Positions 34,212-43,991 of a stretch of 64,000 nt of DNA are shown piece after piece (the stretch's first letter is position 1; every line of letters begins with the position of its first letter). The notes under the pieces were generated by a model, which was not told where the DNA came from, ran no database searches, and saw nothing but the letters and a program-made list of their open reading frames with translations. The position numbers and the translations under genes are program-made. The DNA is taken from contig CAZFRE010000001.1 of the NCBI GenBank assembly GCA_964521195.1, forward strand, positions 200,239 through 264,238, read 5' to 3'. Origin of the DNA: an uncultured Eubacteriales bacterium (GTDB taxonomy: Bacteria > Actinomycetota > Coriobacteriia > Anaerosomatales > JAAXUF01).

Positions 34212-35186
34212 ATGCGCACTTCTTACGCGGTCGGCGTCGACGTCGGCGGTACCCGCATTGCCGCAGGCCTGGTGGAGCGCAAGGGCCGCATCGTCAAGGA
34301 CGCCAAACGGCTCACGCCCAAGACCGGCCCGTTCGCGGTCATCGACACCATCATCGACCTCGTCGAAGAGGTCCAGACGGGGACTCACGGCTCGGAGATC
34401 GCCGGTGTCGGCATCGGAATCCCGGGACAGATCGACTTCCTGCGCCAGTCGGTGGAGTTCTGCACAAACCTGCCGCTTGCCGGCGTGGACGTGCGTTCGC
34501 TCGTGATGTCCCGCGTACGTCAGGAGGTCACGGTCGACAACGACGGCCATCTCGCAGCACTGGGCGAGTCGCGCTACGGCGCGGCGAAGGGCGCGAGGGA
34601 CTTCCTCATGATCACGGTCGGCACCGGTGTCGGCGGCGGCATCTTCATAGACGGCGTGCCCTACCGCGGCAGCCGCGGACTCGGGGGAGAGCTCGGTCAC
34701 ACGGTCGTCGAGATGAATGGTCGGCCGTGCCCGTGTGGCGGTACCGGACACCTCGAGGCGTATCTCGGGCGCCCTGCGATCGCTGCGATGGGCCGCGAGG
34801 CCGCCGGTGCGTTCAGCGGGCGCGAGATCCTCAACGCGGCCGGGGGCAGCGTCGACGGCATCACTGCAGAGGCGGTGTTGTTCGCGGCGAAGGCGGGCGA
34901 TCCCGTGGCTCGCGAGATCCTGCTCGACTGCGGCGACGTGCTCGGCCGTTCACTGGTGAGCTTCGTCAACATCTTCAATCCCCGGCTGGTGTGCATCGGT
35001 GGCGGCATCGGTGAGGCGGCCGACTTCATGGTCGAGCGCGCGGCCCAGGTGATGCAGGGCGAGGCCCTCGCCGGCAGGCGTGACGTGCAAGTCGTCCAGG
35101 CCGTTCTCGGCAACGACGCCGGTATTCTCGGCGCGGCGGCCATGGCGTTCGACGAGCACGATTCCCGAGAGGGACTCAGCCGCTAG
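34212..35186 (+). CDS. ROK family sugar kinase (glucokinase-like)
   Basis: GGAGG lies upstream of ATG. VGVDVGGTRIAAGLV (ATP-binding), ITVGTGVGGGIFIDG, and the ROK zinc motif GHTVVEMNGRPCPCGGTGHLEAY. Confidence 0.9.
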   Translation: MRTSYAVGVDVGGTRIAAGLVERKGRIVKDAKRLTPKTGPFAVIDTIIDLVEEVQTGTHGSEIAGVGIGIPGQIDFLRQSVEFCTNLPLAGVDVRSLVMSRVRQEVTVDNDGHLAALGESRYGAAKGARDFLMITVGTGVGGGIFIDGVPYRGSRGLGGELGHTVVEMNGRPCPCGGTGHLEAYLGRPAIAAMGREAAGAFSGREILNAAGGSVDGITAEAVLFAAKAGDPVAREILLDCGDVLGRSLVSFVNIFNPRLVCIGGGIGEAADFMVERAAQVMQGEALAGRRDVQVVQAVLGNDAGILGAAAMAFDEHDSREGLSR

Positions 35187-35208
35187 CGCCGATCCGGGAG
35201 GGGGCGGC

Positions 35209-36264
35209 GTGGACGCCGTGGGTACGCTCGCGCAGGCGTGGAAGGTCACGCGGACATCGCGCGTGATGCGTTCTCTGGGACTGATCAGTACGGCTCAGTT
35301 GATCGCCTACACCATCCTCGTCGGCTCGGTCGTCTCGCTGATGGTTGCGATGCCGCAGTTCGCTCTGTTGCTGACCGGCGCGTCAGCGGGAGCCGAGGGC
35401 GAGGCCGCCGACCCGTTCGTCGACCGGCTCCTCCAGGGGATGCTCGAATCGTTGCCGGTGGCAGCCGCGGTGGTCGCCGTCGCGTTCGCTGCATGGCTCG
35501 TCTTCGGAGTGCTCGACATCGCCGCTCAGGCGGGGATGATCGTCGAGGCCGATGCCCGGATCGTCGCGGGGGGCCCGAGTGGCTCCGGCGACATCGGCTG
35601 CGCGCCCGCGCGACTCGGCGACCGTCTGAGGGGTGGATTCCGCGTGTGGTGGCGCGTCGCCGGGCTCTACGCGATCGTGGCGATGCCGGTCCTGCTCCTG
35701 TTGCTCGTGATGGCGCTCGGGCTGCTCTTCGGTGTCACGCTGCCGCTGATGCGCGGAGAACCGCCGCAGCCGCTGTGGTCGCTCGGCGCGCAGGCCGCGG
35801 TGGTGCCGTTGCGCGGTCTCGTCTCCGTCGCGACGATCGTGCTTGGCGTGATCGTGCAGCTTGCGCTGCGTGACGCGGTGCTCGGTGACGTGCCGTGGCG
35901 GGCGGCGCTGCGCCGCGGTGCCGCCATTGCTCGCACCGGTCTCGCCGAGGTCGCGGTGACATACGTGCTTGTGGCGCTCGTCGCCACCGGAGTGGGGCTG
36001 CTGCTGTTGGTCGCCACGGCTGTCGTGGGTGGCGGCTCGGCGGCGGCGCTGCTGCTCGCGCGCGAACTCGGCAGCGGGGCCGCAACGGTTCTCGCGCTGT
36101 GTTTCAGCGCGGTACTCGTGCTGCTCGCGTCGGTTCTCGGGTACTACGTATACGCGCTGCTCGTCGCGTGGACGTCAGCGGTTTGGACCATACTGTGGAG
36201 GGGACTCACATCGGCAGGCGCGAAGGGCGGGCCCCGTGCGGGAGACGCGCTTCAGTTGCCCTGA
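35209..36264 (+). CDS. Polytopic membrane protein, paralogue of the next gene
   Basis: GGGAGGGGG lies upstream of GTG 35209. Multiple TM helices. Shares with the next gene the motifs G-F-R-V/F-W-W, L-M/L-RGEPP and a terminal SAVWTILWRGLT (compare SAMWTVFFRRLT). Confidence 0.6.
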   Translation: MDAVGTLAQAWKVTRTSRVMRSLGLISTAQLIAYTILVGSVVSLMVAMPQFALLLTGASAGAEGEAADPFVDRLLQGMLESLPVAAAVVAVAFAAWLVFGVLDIAAQAGMIVEADARIVAGGPSGSGDIGCAPARLGDRLRGGFRVWWRVAGLYAIVAMPVLLLLLVMALGLLFGVTLPLMRGEPPQPLWSLGAQAAVVPLRGLVSVATIVLGVIVQLALRDAVLGDVPWRAALRRGAAIARTGLAEVAVTYVLVALVATGVGLLLLVATAVVGGGSAAALLLARELGSGAATVLALCFSAVLVLLASVLGYYVYALLVAWTSAVWTILWRGLTSAGAKGGPRAGDALQLP

Positions 36265-36279
36265 ACGAGAGGTAGCACC

Positions 36280-37506
36280 ATGCGGTTCGGTGAGATCATC
36301 AAGAAGGCCTGGCACATCACCTGGCACTACAAGTGGCTGTGGGTGCTCGGTATGTTCGCTGGCATCACCGGCGCTTCCGGCGGGGGCGGCGGGGGCGGCA
36401 ACTCGTCTTCGTACGGGCGCTCGTTCGGCTCAGGGAGCGGCACGGGCACCGGTGCCGCCGATGTGCCCGACTTCAGCGCTTTCGCCGACCAGCTGCAACA
36501 GTGGCTGCCGTTCATCCTCATCGCGCTGGTCTTGCTGGTCCTCGTGGGCATCGCGTTCGCCGTGCTCGCCATAGGTGCCCGCGGAGGACTTGTGTGGGCC
36601 GTCGATGAGATCGAGTCGGGACGGCGTCCACGGCTTGGGGAAGCGTGGAACGCAGGGTTCTCACGGTTCTGGAGCATCTTCGGCCTCGGGCTGCTGCTTC
36701 AGCTCCCGATCGTGCTCGCAGGCCTGACACTGGCCGCGGTGATCATGGTTCCCATCTTCGGCCCGCTGCTCCGCGGCGGCGAACCCGACCCGGCGACGGT
36801 GCTCGCACCGATGTGCGGTGTGCTCGCGATCGGCGTACCGCTACTGTTGGTGGCAAGCCTGATTCTCGGCGTCATGTACATCACGGGCGTGCGCTTCATC
36901 ATGCTCTTCGGCATGGGCGCGACACATGCCGCGGGCGAGTCGTGGCGAGCGCTGCGTGCCCGGCTCGGCGACCATGCGCTCATGTACGTCATCTCGCTCG
37001 GGCTGAGCATCGCGGCCAGCCTTGCGTTCGCGATCCCGGTGGTCATGGTCTCGCTGGCGACCATCGTGCCCGCGGTGGTGGGCGCGACCTCGCGCAGCTG
37101 GGGCGTCGTGATCGCCATGATCTCGGTGTTCATGGTGCTCATCGTCGCGTTGGGCTTCGCGTATTCGGCGGTATGGGGCACGTTCACGTCGGCGATGTGG
37201 ACCGTCTTCTTCCGACGGCTCACCGGCCGAGAGGTGCTCGCCCCGATTCCGCAGCCGGGTTTCCCGGCGCCGGCCCCGGCGCAGCCGTACCCGCAGCCGT
37301 CGGCCGCGCCGCCGCCCCAACCGGCCGTGCAGCAGCCGACGGTGCAACCGACAGCGCCGCCGCAATGGCAGCCTCAGCCGCCCGCACAACCGCCCATCGC
37401 TCCGGAGCCGCCGGTGGCACCGCCGATGTACGTCCCGCCCGCAGCGCCGGAGGGCCCGCCACCTGCGCAGCCTGCACCGCCCGCGCAGGATGGCCCCGAT
37501 GCCTGA
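36280..37506 (+). CDS. Polytopic membrane protein with a Gly/Ser run and a Pro/Gln-rich C-terminal tail
   Basis: MRFGEIIKKAWHITWHYKWLWVLGMFAGITGASGGGGGGGNSSS.., then 6-7 TM helices. The tail reads PIPQPGFPAPAPAQPYPQPSAAPPPQPAVQQPTVQPTAPPQWQPQPPAQPP... The 3' end overlaps rsmI by 17 nt. Confidence 0.65.
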   Translation: MRFGEIIKKAWHITWHYKWLWVLGMFAGITGASGGGGGGGNSSSYGRSFGSGSGTGTGAADVPDFSAFADQLQQWLPFILIALVLLVLVGIAFAVLAIGARGGLVWAVDEIESGRRPRLGEAWNAGFSRFWSIFGLGLLLQLPIVLAGLTLAAVIMVPIFGPLLRGGEPDPATVLAPMCGVLAIGVPLLLVASLILGVMYITGVRFIMLFGMGATHAAGESWRALRARLGDHALMYVISLGLSIAASLAFAIPVVMVSLATIVPAVVGATSRSWGVVIAMISVFMVLIVALGFAYSAVWGTFTSAMWTVFFRRLTGREVLAPIPQPGFPAPAPAQPYPQPSAAPPPQPAVQQPTVQPTAPPQWQPQPPAQPPIAPEPPVAPPMYVPPAAPEGPPPAQPAPPAQDGPDA

Positions 37507-38341
37507 CCCGGGTCGTCTCGTCGTCTGCGCTACGCCGATCGGCAATCTGGGCGATGTGACGCTGCGGGTGCTCGACGCGCTGCGCGACGCCGATACCATC
37601 GCGGCGGAGGACACGCGCGTCACGCGCAAGCTTCTCGCTCGCTACGAGATCGCGACTCGGCTCGAGCGCTGCGACGAGCACACGGTGGAGCGCCAGGCAC
37701 CCGCCCTCGTCGACCGCATGCGGTCCGGCGAGCGCATCGCGCTCGTCTCGGATGCCGGCACACCCGGCGTCAGTGATCCCGGCGCGCGGCTTGTCGATGC
37801 GTGCCTCGCTGCCGGGGTGCCGGTCGAGGTGCTGCCCGGCGCGAGCGCGATCCTTGCGGCCCTCGTTGGCAGCGGACTGCCCACGCACGCGTTCTACTTC
37901 GGCGGCTTCCTGCCCCGCAAGGCGGGAGAGCGGATGCGCGCACTGACGGCTGTGGCCGGGCTCGATGCGACGCTCGTGTTCTACGAGTCACCGCATCGCG
38001 CGGCGGCGACGCTCGCGGCGATCGCCGAGGCGCTGCCCGGGCGCCAGGCAGCGCTCGCGCGCGAACTCACCAAACTGCATGAGGAGATCATCCGCGGTCC
38101 GGTGGAACAGGTCGCCGCCGAGGTCGCGGGCCGAGAGGGCCTCAAGGGCGAGGTCGTCTTGCTGGTGGGCCCTCCGGTGAAGCAGTCACGCGAGGCGCCG
38201 GACGCAACAGCGGTGCTCGCCTGCGTCGAGGCTCATGTCGCCGAGGGCGCGAGCAGGAGCGAGGCGGTCAAACGCACCGCAAGAGAACTCGGCGTTCCCC
38301 GCAGCGAGGTGTACGGCATCGCTCACCGGCAACCCGAGTGA
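37490..38341 (+). CDS. rsmI: 16S rRNA (cytidine1402-2'-O)-methyltransferase
   Basis: GRLVVCATPIGNLGDVTLRVLDALRDADTIAAEDTRVTRKLL..LVSDAGTPGVSDPG..VFYESPHR. Confidence 0.9.
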   Translation: MAPMPDPGRLVVCATPIGNLGDVTLRVLDALRDADTIAAEDTRVTRKLLARYEIATRLERCDEHTVERQAPALVDRMRSGERIALVSDAGTPGVSDPGARLVDACLAAGVPVEVLPGASAILAALVGSGLPTHAFYFGGFLPRKAGERMRALTAVAGLDATLVFYESPHRAAATLAAIAEALPGRQAALARELTKLHEEIIRGPVEQVAAEVAGREGLKGEVVLLVGPPVKQSREAPDATAVLACVEAHVAEGASRSEAVKRTARELGVPRSEVYGIAHRQPE

Positions 38342-38404
38342 ATCGTCGCTTCTCGGCAGCTTGCGCGTGGGCGCAGCGGAACCGGCGCCAGAGGGCCGAT
38401 CGAC

Positions 38405-38653
38405 CTACTTCTTCTTGATGGCCGACACGCAGTCGACGCAGACCGGCCGGTTCTTCACCTGAGTGATCTCGGCGTCGGTCGCGCCGCAGATGGCACACGA
38501 GTCCTTGTGCTTGGTCAGGATGATGCGCTCGCCTTCGACGAAGATCGCCATCGGGTCCTTGACGTTGATTCCCAGGGTGCGGCGAAGCTCCATCGGGATG
38601 ACGATCCTGCCAAGATCGTCGACGCGTCGGACGATTCCGGTGTCGTGCATCAT
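38405..38653 (-). CDS. abrB: AbrB/SpoVT-type transition-state regulator with a C-terminal CxxC..CxxC tail
   Basis: GIVRRVDDLGRIVIPMELRRTLGINVKDPMAIFVEGERIILTK is near-canonical for the AbrB N-domain. The C-terminus reads CAICGATDAEITQVKNRPVCVDC. Confidence 0.85.
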   Translation of the reverse strand: MMHDTGIVRRVDDLGRIVIPMELRRTLGINVKDPMAIFVEGERIILTKHKDSCAICGATDAEITQVKNRPVCVDCVSAIKKK

Positions 38654-38780
38654 GCGTGCCTCTCTCTCGGGCCCGTTGCCGAAGCGCCGGCATCGGAACG
38701 GTTAGAATGCTTGGAGAGCCCCCGCTAGACACGGCTTCCCAGTCTTCCAGCAGTTTCCCACGGTCATGGAGTTCCTACAC

Positions 38781-40346
38781 ATGGAAAACGGAAAATCATT
38801 CTACCTGACGACTCCGATCTACTACGTGAATTCGGTGCCGCATCTGGGCACCGCGTACACGACCGTGGCCGCCGACACGCTCGCTCGTTACCGCCGGATG
38901 TGCGGCGATGACGTCTGGTTCCTGACCGGCCTCGACGAGCACGGGCAGAAGGTCGAGCAGGCCGCCACGGAGAACGGGGTCTCGCCCCAGGAGTGGGCGG
39001 ATCGGATGGCCGCGAAGTTCCACGAGGCCTGGGCGATGCTCAACATCTCCAACGACGACTTCATCCGCACCACCGAGCCTCGGCACGAGCGCGGCGTCCA
39101 GGCACTGCTGAAGACGCTGCACGAGCGTGGCGAGATCTACGCCGGCCATTACGAGGGCTGGTACTGCGTGCCGTGCGAGACGTACTACACCGAGGAGCAG
39201 TTGCACGAGGACCACACCTGCCCCACGTGCAGCCGGAAGGTCGAGTTCGTCCGAGAAGACAACTACTTCTTCAAGCTCTCGGCATATCAGGACCGGCTCC
39301 TCGAACTCTACGAGGCCAACCCGCACTTCATTCAGCCGGAGACGCGCCGCAACGAGGTGCTCTCGTTCGTCAGGGGCGGACTGCGCGACCTGTCCATCTC
39401 GCGCGCGAACGTGAAGTGGGGCATCCCGTTGCCGTTCGATGAGAGCCACACCATCTACGTCTGGTTCGACGCCCTCATCAACTACATCACCGCCATCGGC
39501 TACGGCTCCGACGAGCCCGGCGGAGCCGAGGAATTCGCGCGGCGCTGGCCGGCGCAGTTCCACTTCGTCGGCAAGGACATCATCCGGTTCCACTGCGTGA
39601 TCTGGCCGGCCATGCTGATGGCCGCCGGCCTGCCGGTGCCCGAGCGCGTCTTCGCTCACGGCTTCCTGCTCACCAAGGGCGAGAAGATGAGCAAGTCCAA
39701 GGGCAACGCGATGGCGCCCGCCGACCTCGTCGCCAAGTTCGGCGTGGACGCGTACCGCTACTACTTCCTGCGCGAGGTGCAGTTCGGCACCGACGGCTCG
39801 ATCTCGCTCGAGGCGATGGTGCAGCGCTACAACGGCGACCTCGCCAACGACTGGGGCAACCTGTGCTCTCGGCTGTTCAACATGGTCGGGAAGTACTGTG
39901 ACGGTGCGGTGCCGCAGCCATCCGGCGAGCGTACCGGTGACGATGCGGAACTCATCGCGATCGCCGACGCGCTGCCGGCGGCGTTCGCTGCGCGCATGGA
40001 GGTGCTCGACTACGCCGGCGCCATCGAGACGGCGTGGGAGATCATCAAGCGCACCAACCGCTACATCGAGGACGCTGCGCCCTGGAACCTCGCGAAGTCC
40101 GAGGAGACGGTCGGTCGCCTGCACACCGTGCTCTACAACGCGCTCGAGACGGTCCGCATCGCGGCCCTGTTCACTGCGCCGGTGATGCCCGCGACATCGG
40201 CCGAGGTCTGGTCGCGCCTCGGGCTCGGCGACCCGCTCACCGTCACCGACATCACCGCACAGGCCACCTGGGGCACGTTGCCGGTCGGGAATCCGGTGGT
40301 GAAGGGCGACGCGCTCTTCCAGCGCATCGTCGAAGACGCCGAGTAG
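38781..40346 (+). CDS. metG: Methionine--tRNA ligase
   Basis: FYLTTPIYYVNSVPHLGTAYTTVAADTLARY (HIGH region), the CPTC zinc knuckle, and GEKMSKSKGN (KMSKS). ATG 38781 has GGAG 9 nt upstream (ATG 38766 is also possible). Confidence 0.95.
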   Translation: MENGKSFYLTTPIYYVNSVPHLGTAYTTVAADTLARYRRMCGDDVWFLTGLDEHGQKVEQAATENGVSPQEWADRMAAKFHEAWAMLNISNDDFIRTTEPRHERGVQALLKTLHERGEIYAGHYEGWYCVPCETYYTEEQLHEDHTCPTCSRKVEFVREDNYFFKLSAYQDRLLELYEANPHFIQPETRRNEVLSFVRGGLRDLSISRANVKWGIPLPFDESHTIYVWFDALINYITAIGYGSDEPGGAEEFARRWPAQFHFVGKDIIRFHCVIWPAMLMAAGLPVPERVFAHGFLLTKGEKMSKSKGNAMAPADLVAKFGVDAYRYYFLREVQFGTDGSISLEAMVQRYNGDLANDWGNLCSRLFNMVGKYCDGAVPQPSGERTGDDAELIAIADALPAAFAARMEVLDYAGAIETAWEIIKRTNRYIEDAAPWNLAKSEETVGRLHTVLYNALETVRIAALFTAPVMPATSAEVWSRLGLGDPLTVTDITAQATWGTLPVGNPVVKGDALFQRIVEDAE

Positions 40347-40357
40347 AACGGTCGGCC

Positions 40358-41254
40358 GTGGCCTTCCAGAACGCTGCATACGTCGCCGGTGCGCCGCTCT
40401 TCGCCGATGCAAAGGGCCGGCCCGTGGCGGCCCCTGACTTCGGCGGTGAGCCCGTGGCGGATACGCATGCGCACCTCGACATGCTCGAGGACCCGGTGTC
40501 GGCGCTCGCGCACGCGGCACAAGCCCGCATCGGCTTCATCGCGACGGTGGCCGATCCGAGCGAGGACGCCAGCCGGACGTACGCCGAGTTGGAGAACTGG
40601 CTGGCTTGTGCGAACGAGCTGCTGGCCGGAACCACACTCCCTCGCGTGCGCATCATCCTCGGCGTGCATCCTCACAATGCGAAGGACTTCTCGCCTGAGG
40701 TGGAATCCCTTCTGCATGAGCTGGTAGCCGACACGCGCACGTGCGCCATCGGCGAGATCGGCCTCGACTATCACTACGACTACTCGCCGCGCGATGTGCA
40801 GCGGGCGGCGTTTCGGCGGCAGCTCGAGATCGCGCACGAGATGGACTTGCCCGCGGTCGTGCACCTGCGTGAGGCGCACGGCGACGGCGAGCGGATTCTG
40901 CGGGACGTCGGCCTGCCCGCTGCCGGCTGCATCCTTCACTGCTACAACCTCGGTACCGAACACATGCAGCCGTTCCTTGAGATGGGCTGCTACGTGAGCT
41001 TCGCCGGCCCCGTCACGTTCAAGAAGTCAGACGATGTGCGTGCCGCTGCCGCGCTGGTGCCCGCCGACCGCATTCTCACCGAGACCGACTGCCCGTTCAT
41101 GGCTCCGGAGCCGTTTCGCGGGCGCACCAACGAGCCGGCGTTCACCGCGTTCACCGCTGCGCGCATCGCCGAGGCGCGCAGCGAGGAGCGGACGGCCTTC
41201 GCGGCCGCGGCGTACGCGAACGCGCTGCGAGTTCTCGGCAGGGACCGATCGTGA
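40358..41254 (+). CDS. tatD: TatD family metal-dependent hydrolase
   Basis: VADTHAHLDML, AIGEIGLDYHYD, PAVVHLREAH and ILTETDCPFMAPEP. Start is GTG 40358, 12 nt after the metG stop. Confidence 0.85.
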   Translation: MAFQNAAYVAGAPLFADAKGRPVAAPDFGGEPVADTHAHLDMLEDPVSALAHAAQARIGFIATVADPSEDASRTYAELENWLACANELLAGTTLPRVRIILGVHPHNAKDFSPEVESLLHELVADTRTCAIGEIGLDYHYDYSPRDVQRAAFRRQLEIAHEMDLPAVVHLREAHGDGERILRDVGLPAAGCILHCYNLGTEHMQPFLEMGCYVSFAGPVTFKKSDDVRAAAALVPADRILTETDCPFMAPEPFRGRTNEPAFTAFTAARIAEARSEERTAFAAAAYANALRVLGRDRS

Positions 41255-41841
41255 CCGGCCCCACGGTGCTCTGCATCGCGGGGAGCCCGCGCCGGCACGG
41301 CAACAGCGACCAGCTGCTCGACGCGCTCGAGCGTGGCGTGGCCGCGGCAGGCGGCGAGGTGGTGCGCGTCGTGGCCGCCGATACAGGCGCGCATCCGTGC
41401 CGCGGATGCAACGCGTGTTCGCAGACGGGCGAGTGTGTCGTCCGGGACGGCATGGACGCCGTGTACGCCGCGCTCGACTCGGCCGACGCGATCGCGATCG
41501 CCACCCCGGTGTACTTCGCGACCGTGCCGGCCATCCTGAAGATCCTCTACGACCGGTGCCAGCCGTACTGGTCGCGCCGGTACGTGCTCGGCGAGCCGCC
41601 ACCCGAGCGCAAGCGCCCGGGGGCGCTTCTCGTGGTGGGCGGGGGAGGGGACCCCTTCGGCACGAGCTGTGCGGTCACCCCCAGCCGCAGCGTCACCAAC
41701 GTGCTCGGGGTCTCGCTCGACGAGGTCTTCGAGTGCGTCGGGCCGGACGCGGCGTCGGATATGGGGCACCGGCCCGAGTGCCTTGAGCGTGCCGAGGAGA
41801 TCGGGCGCGCGCTCGTCGCAGCCGCCTCGCAGCGCGCCTGA
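41251..41841 (+). CDS. Flavodoxin-like / iron-sulfur flavoprotein (NADPH-dependent FMN reductase family)
   Basis: VLCIAGSPRRHGNSDQLL..HPCRGCNACSQTGECVVRDGM..ADAIAIATPVYFATVPAILK. The start GTG overlaps the tatD stop (GTGA). Confidence 0.75.
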   Translation: MTGPTVLCIAGSPRRHGNSDQLLDALERGVAAAGGEVVRVVAADTGAHPCRGCNACSQTGECVVRDGMDAVYAALDSADAIAIATPVYFATVPAILKILYDRCQPYWSRRYVLGEPPPERKRPGALLVVGGGGDPFGTSCAVTPSRSVTNVLGVSLDEVFECVGPDAASDMGHRPECLERAEEIGRALVAAASQRA

Positions 41842-42069
41842 ACCATCCTCACAAACCCGTCACCGTATTGACACATTCGGGTCGTTGTGGGTTCGTCCGG
41901 CGGCCGATTTCCAGCGGACGCCCGGCCGCGTTGCCTTCGCGCGCGGGGCGCTCCTCGAGCTCCATTCGTGGCGACCTGCGCGTTTGCGCGGGGTTGTGTG
42001 TAGGGGTAGCATCGGCACTCCCGCTCCGTTACGGAACGGTTGAAATGTCCCCGAGTCAGAGAGGTCTGA

Positions 42070-43119
42070 ATGAGGTCAAAGCCGGTTCGCTCGGCGAGAT
42101 CCGTAAAGACCCAGCACCTAGTCGTAGCCGTTATTCCTCTACTAATCGTCACATTCGCCATCACGGGATTCGTGTGGGCACAGAAGCAGGTCACGATCGT
42201 CGTCGACGGTCGGTCTCTGCATACGAAGACGCAGGCCGCGGACGTGGCCGGACTGCTTCGGCAGGCCGACGTCCAGCTGGCCGCAGGTGACTTGGTCACT
42301 CCCGCAGCGGATAGCCCCGTTTCCGATGGCATGACCGTCGTCGTACGCCACGCCACTCCCGTCACGCTCAACCTCGGTGGCCGCCGTGTCTCGCTGTGCG
42401 TCGTCGGCAACTCGGTCGCCGACGCGCTCATCGCGGCAGGTATCGATCCGGACTCCAATCCCGCGATCACCCCTGCGCTCTCAACGAAGCTCAAGCGCAA
42501 CATGACCATCAGCGCGCCTCGGGTCTTCAAGCGCGTGAGTCGCGAGCAGGTGTCTGTGCCCTACGGCCGCCGCACCCGCCGCGACTCGTCTCTGCCCGCC
42601 GGCGTGCGTCGTGTGGTCAAGAAGGGGCGCGCCGGGACGAAGGTTCGGATCTACACCTCGTTCGTCGCGAGCGGGGTCGAGGGACCGCGTGCCCTCGCCG
42701 CCGAGCAGACCGTTGCCGCCCCGGTCGATGAGGTCGTCGCCGTGGGCACCGCGTCGCGCGCGACGGGCAACCGCGCCATCGTGGCGAGTGCACGTGCGAT
42801 CGCGCGTGTGAGCACGAAGGCCGCTCCCAAGCCCGGTGTCGGTCGCAAGATGCGCGTGCTCGCGACCGCCTACTCGCCCGGCGAGGGCGGGGCCGACCAT
42901 CGCTGCGCCACCGGAGCGCTTGCCACGCGCGGCGTGATCGCGGTCGACCCGCGCGTCATCCCGCTCGGCACGCACGTCTACGTGCCTGGGTACGGGTATG
43001 CGGTGGCCGCCGACACCGGCGGGATGATCAAGGGCCGCCACATCGACCTGTGCTACGACGCGTTCGCCGAGATGAACCGGTGGGGTAAGCGCACCGTGAC
43101 GATCACGATCCTCGACTGA
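42070..43119 (+). CDS. YabE-like cell-wall protein (DUF348 repeats + G5 + C-terminal 3D domain)
   Basis: N-terminal TM helix; QVTIVVDGRSLHTKTQAADVAGLL and VTLNLGGRRVSLCVVGNSVADAL (DUF348-like); G5-like VPYGRRTRRDSSLPAGVRRVVKKGRAGTKVRIY; 3D domain ATAYSPGEGG..RGVIAVDPRVIPLGTHVYVPGYGYAVAADTGGMIKGRHIDLCY. Confidence 0.8.
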   Translation: MRSKPVRSARSVKTQHLVVAVIPLLIVTFAITGFVWAQKQVTIVVDGRSLHTKTQAADVAGLLRQADVQLAAGDLVTPAADSPVSDGMTVVVRHATPVTLNLGGRRVSLCVVGNSVADALIAAGIDPDSNPAITPALSTKLKRNMTISAPRVFKRVSREQVSVPYGRRTRRDSSLPAGVRRVVKKGRAGTKVRIYTSFVASGVEGPRALAAEQTVAAPVDEVVAVGTASRATGNRAIVASARAIARVSTKAAPKPGVGRKMRVLATAYSPGEGGADHRCATGALATRGVIAVDPRVIPLGTHVYVPGYGYAVAADTGGMIKGRHIDLCYDAFAEMNRWGKRTVTITILD

Positions 43120-43121
43120 CG

Positions 43122-43991
43122 GTGGTCAACTCACCGCTCGCCACCCCATCGGCGACGCTCGCCGTTCTCAAGCGGCATGGTCTGGCGACCAAGAAGGCGC
43201 TCGGCCAGCACTTCCTGGTCGACGACAACGTCGTGGGCCGCATCATTGAACTCGCGGAGCTGAGCGGCGACGAGACGGTGCTGGAGATCGGCCCGGGGAT
43301 CGGTACCCTCTCGGTCGCGCTGTGCGCGCATGCCGGCGCCGTCGTGGCAGTGGAGCGCGACACGGACCTGCTGCCCGTCCTCGCCGAGACGACAGAGCAC
43401 TGCGATCGGTTCGCGGTCGTGCGCGCTGACGCGGTCGCAGTCTCGCCGAGCACGCTCGCCGAGCCGTTCGGTGCGCCGACGGCGCTCGTGGCCAACCTGC
43501 CCTACGCAGTCGCAGCGACGGTGGTCCTGCGGCTCTTCGAGGAGGTCCCGACGCTCTCGAGCGCAACCGTCATGGTGCAGTCCGAGGTAGCCGACCGCAT
43601 GGCGGCCGAACCCGGAAGCAAGGCGTACGGCGCCTATACCGTGAAGCTGCGGCTATACGCAGGACCCGCCGGCCGGTTCTCGGTCTCCCGTACGTGCTTC
43701 CTGCCGCCGCCCCGCGTGGACTCCGCCGTGCTCAGGCTGGAGCGGTGCGACCCGGTGGGCGACCCCGACCTGATCCGTGATGCGGCACGCACCGCCGAGG
43801 CGGCCTTCGCCCAGCGCCGCAAGACCATCCGCAACTCACTGCGTGCGACGCTCGCGGCCGATGCCGCGGCGATCGATCGCGCACTTGAGTCGGCGTCGAT
43901 CGACGGTAGCGTCCGGGCCGAGACACTCGGTTCGGAGCGCTTTCTCGACCTTGCGCGCGCCCTGCGCGACGGCGGTGTGGCCCTGGCCTGA
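43122..43991 (+). CDS. rsmA: 16S rRNA (adenine1518/1519-N6)-dimethyltransferase
   Basis: KKALGQHFLVDDNVVGRII..VLEIGPGIGTLS..ANLPYAVA..FLPPPRVDS. Confidence 0.92.
   Translation: MVNSPLATPSATLAVLKRHGLATKKALGQHFLVDDNVVGRIIELAELSGDETVLEIGPGIGTLSVALCAHAGAVVAVERDTDLLPVLAETTEHCDRFAVVRADAVAVSPSTLAEPFGAPTALVANLPYAVAATVVLRLFEEVPTLSSATVMVQSEVADRMAAEPGSKAYGAYTVKLRLYAGPAGRFSVSRTCFLPPPRVDSAVLRLERCDPVGDPDLIRDAARTAEAAFAQRRKTIRNSLRATLAADAAAIDRALESASIDGSVRAETLGSERFLDLARALRDGGVALA

Noticed and set aside
41842-42069. Possible c-di-AMP (ydaO-type) riboswitch in the 228-nt leader of the yabE-like cell-wall gene.
   Set aside because: I could not find the conserved GGGGACCCA / GGGGUGAAUC / AGCUAACCUCGUA-type blocks. 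A simple promoter (TTGCGC-17-TAGCAT, 41984-42012) plus a short leader explains the gap. Only an Rfam scan could settle it.
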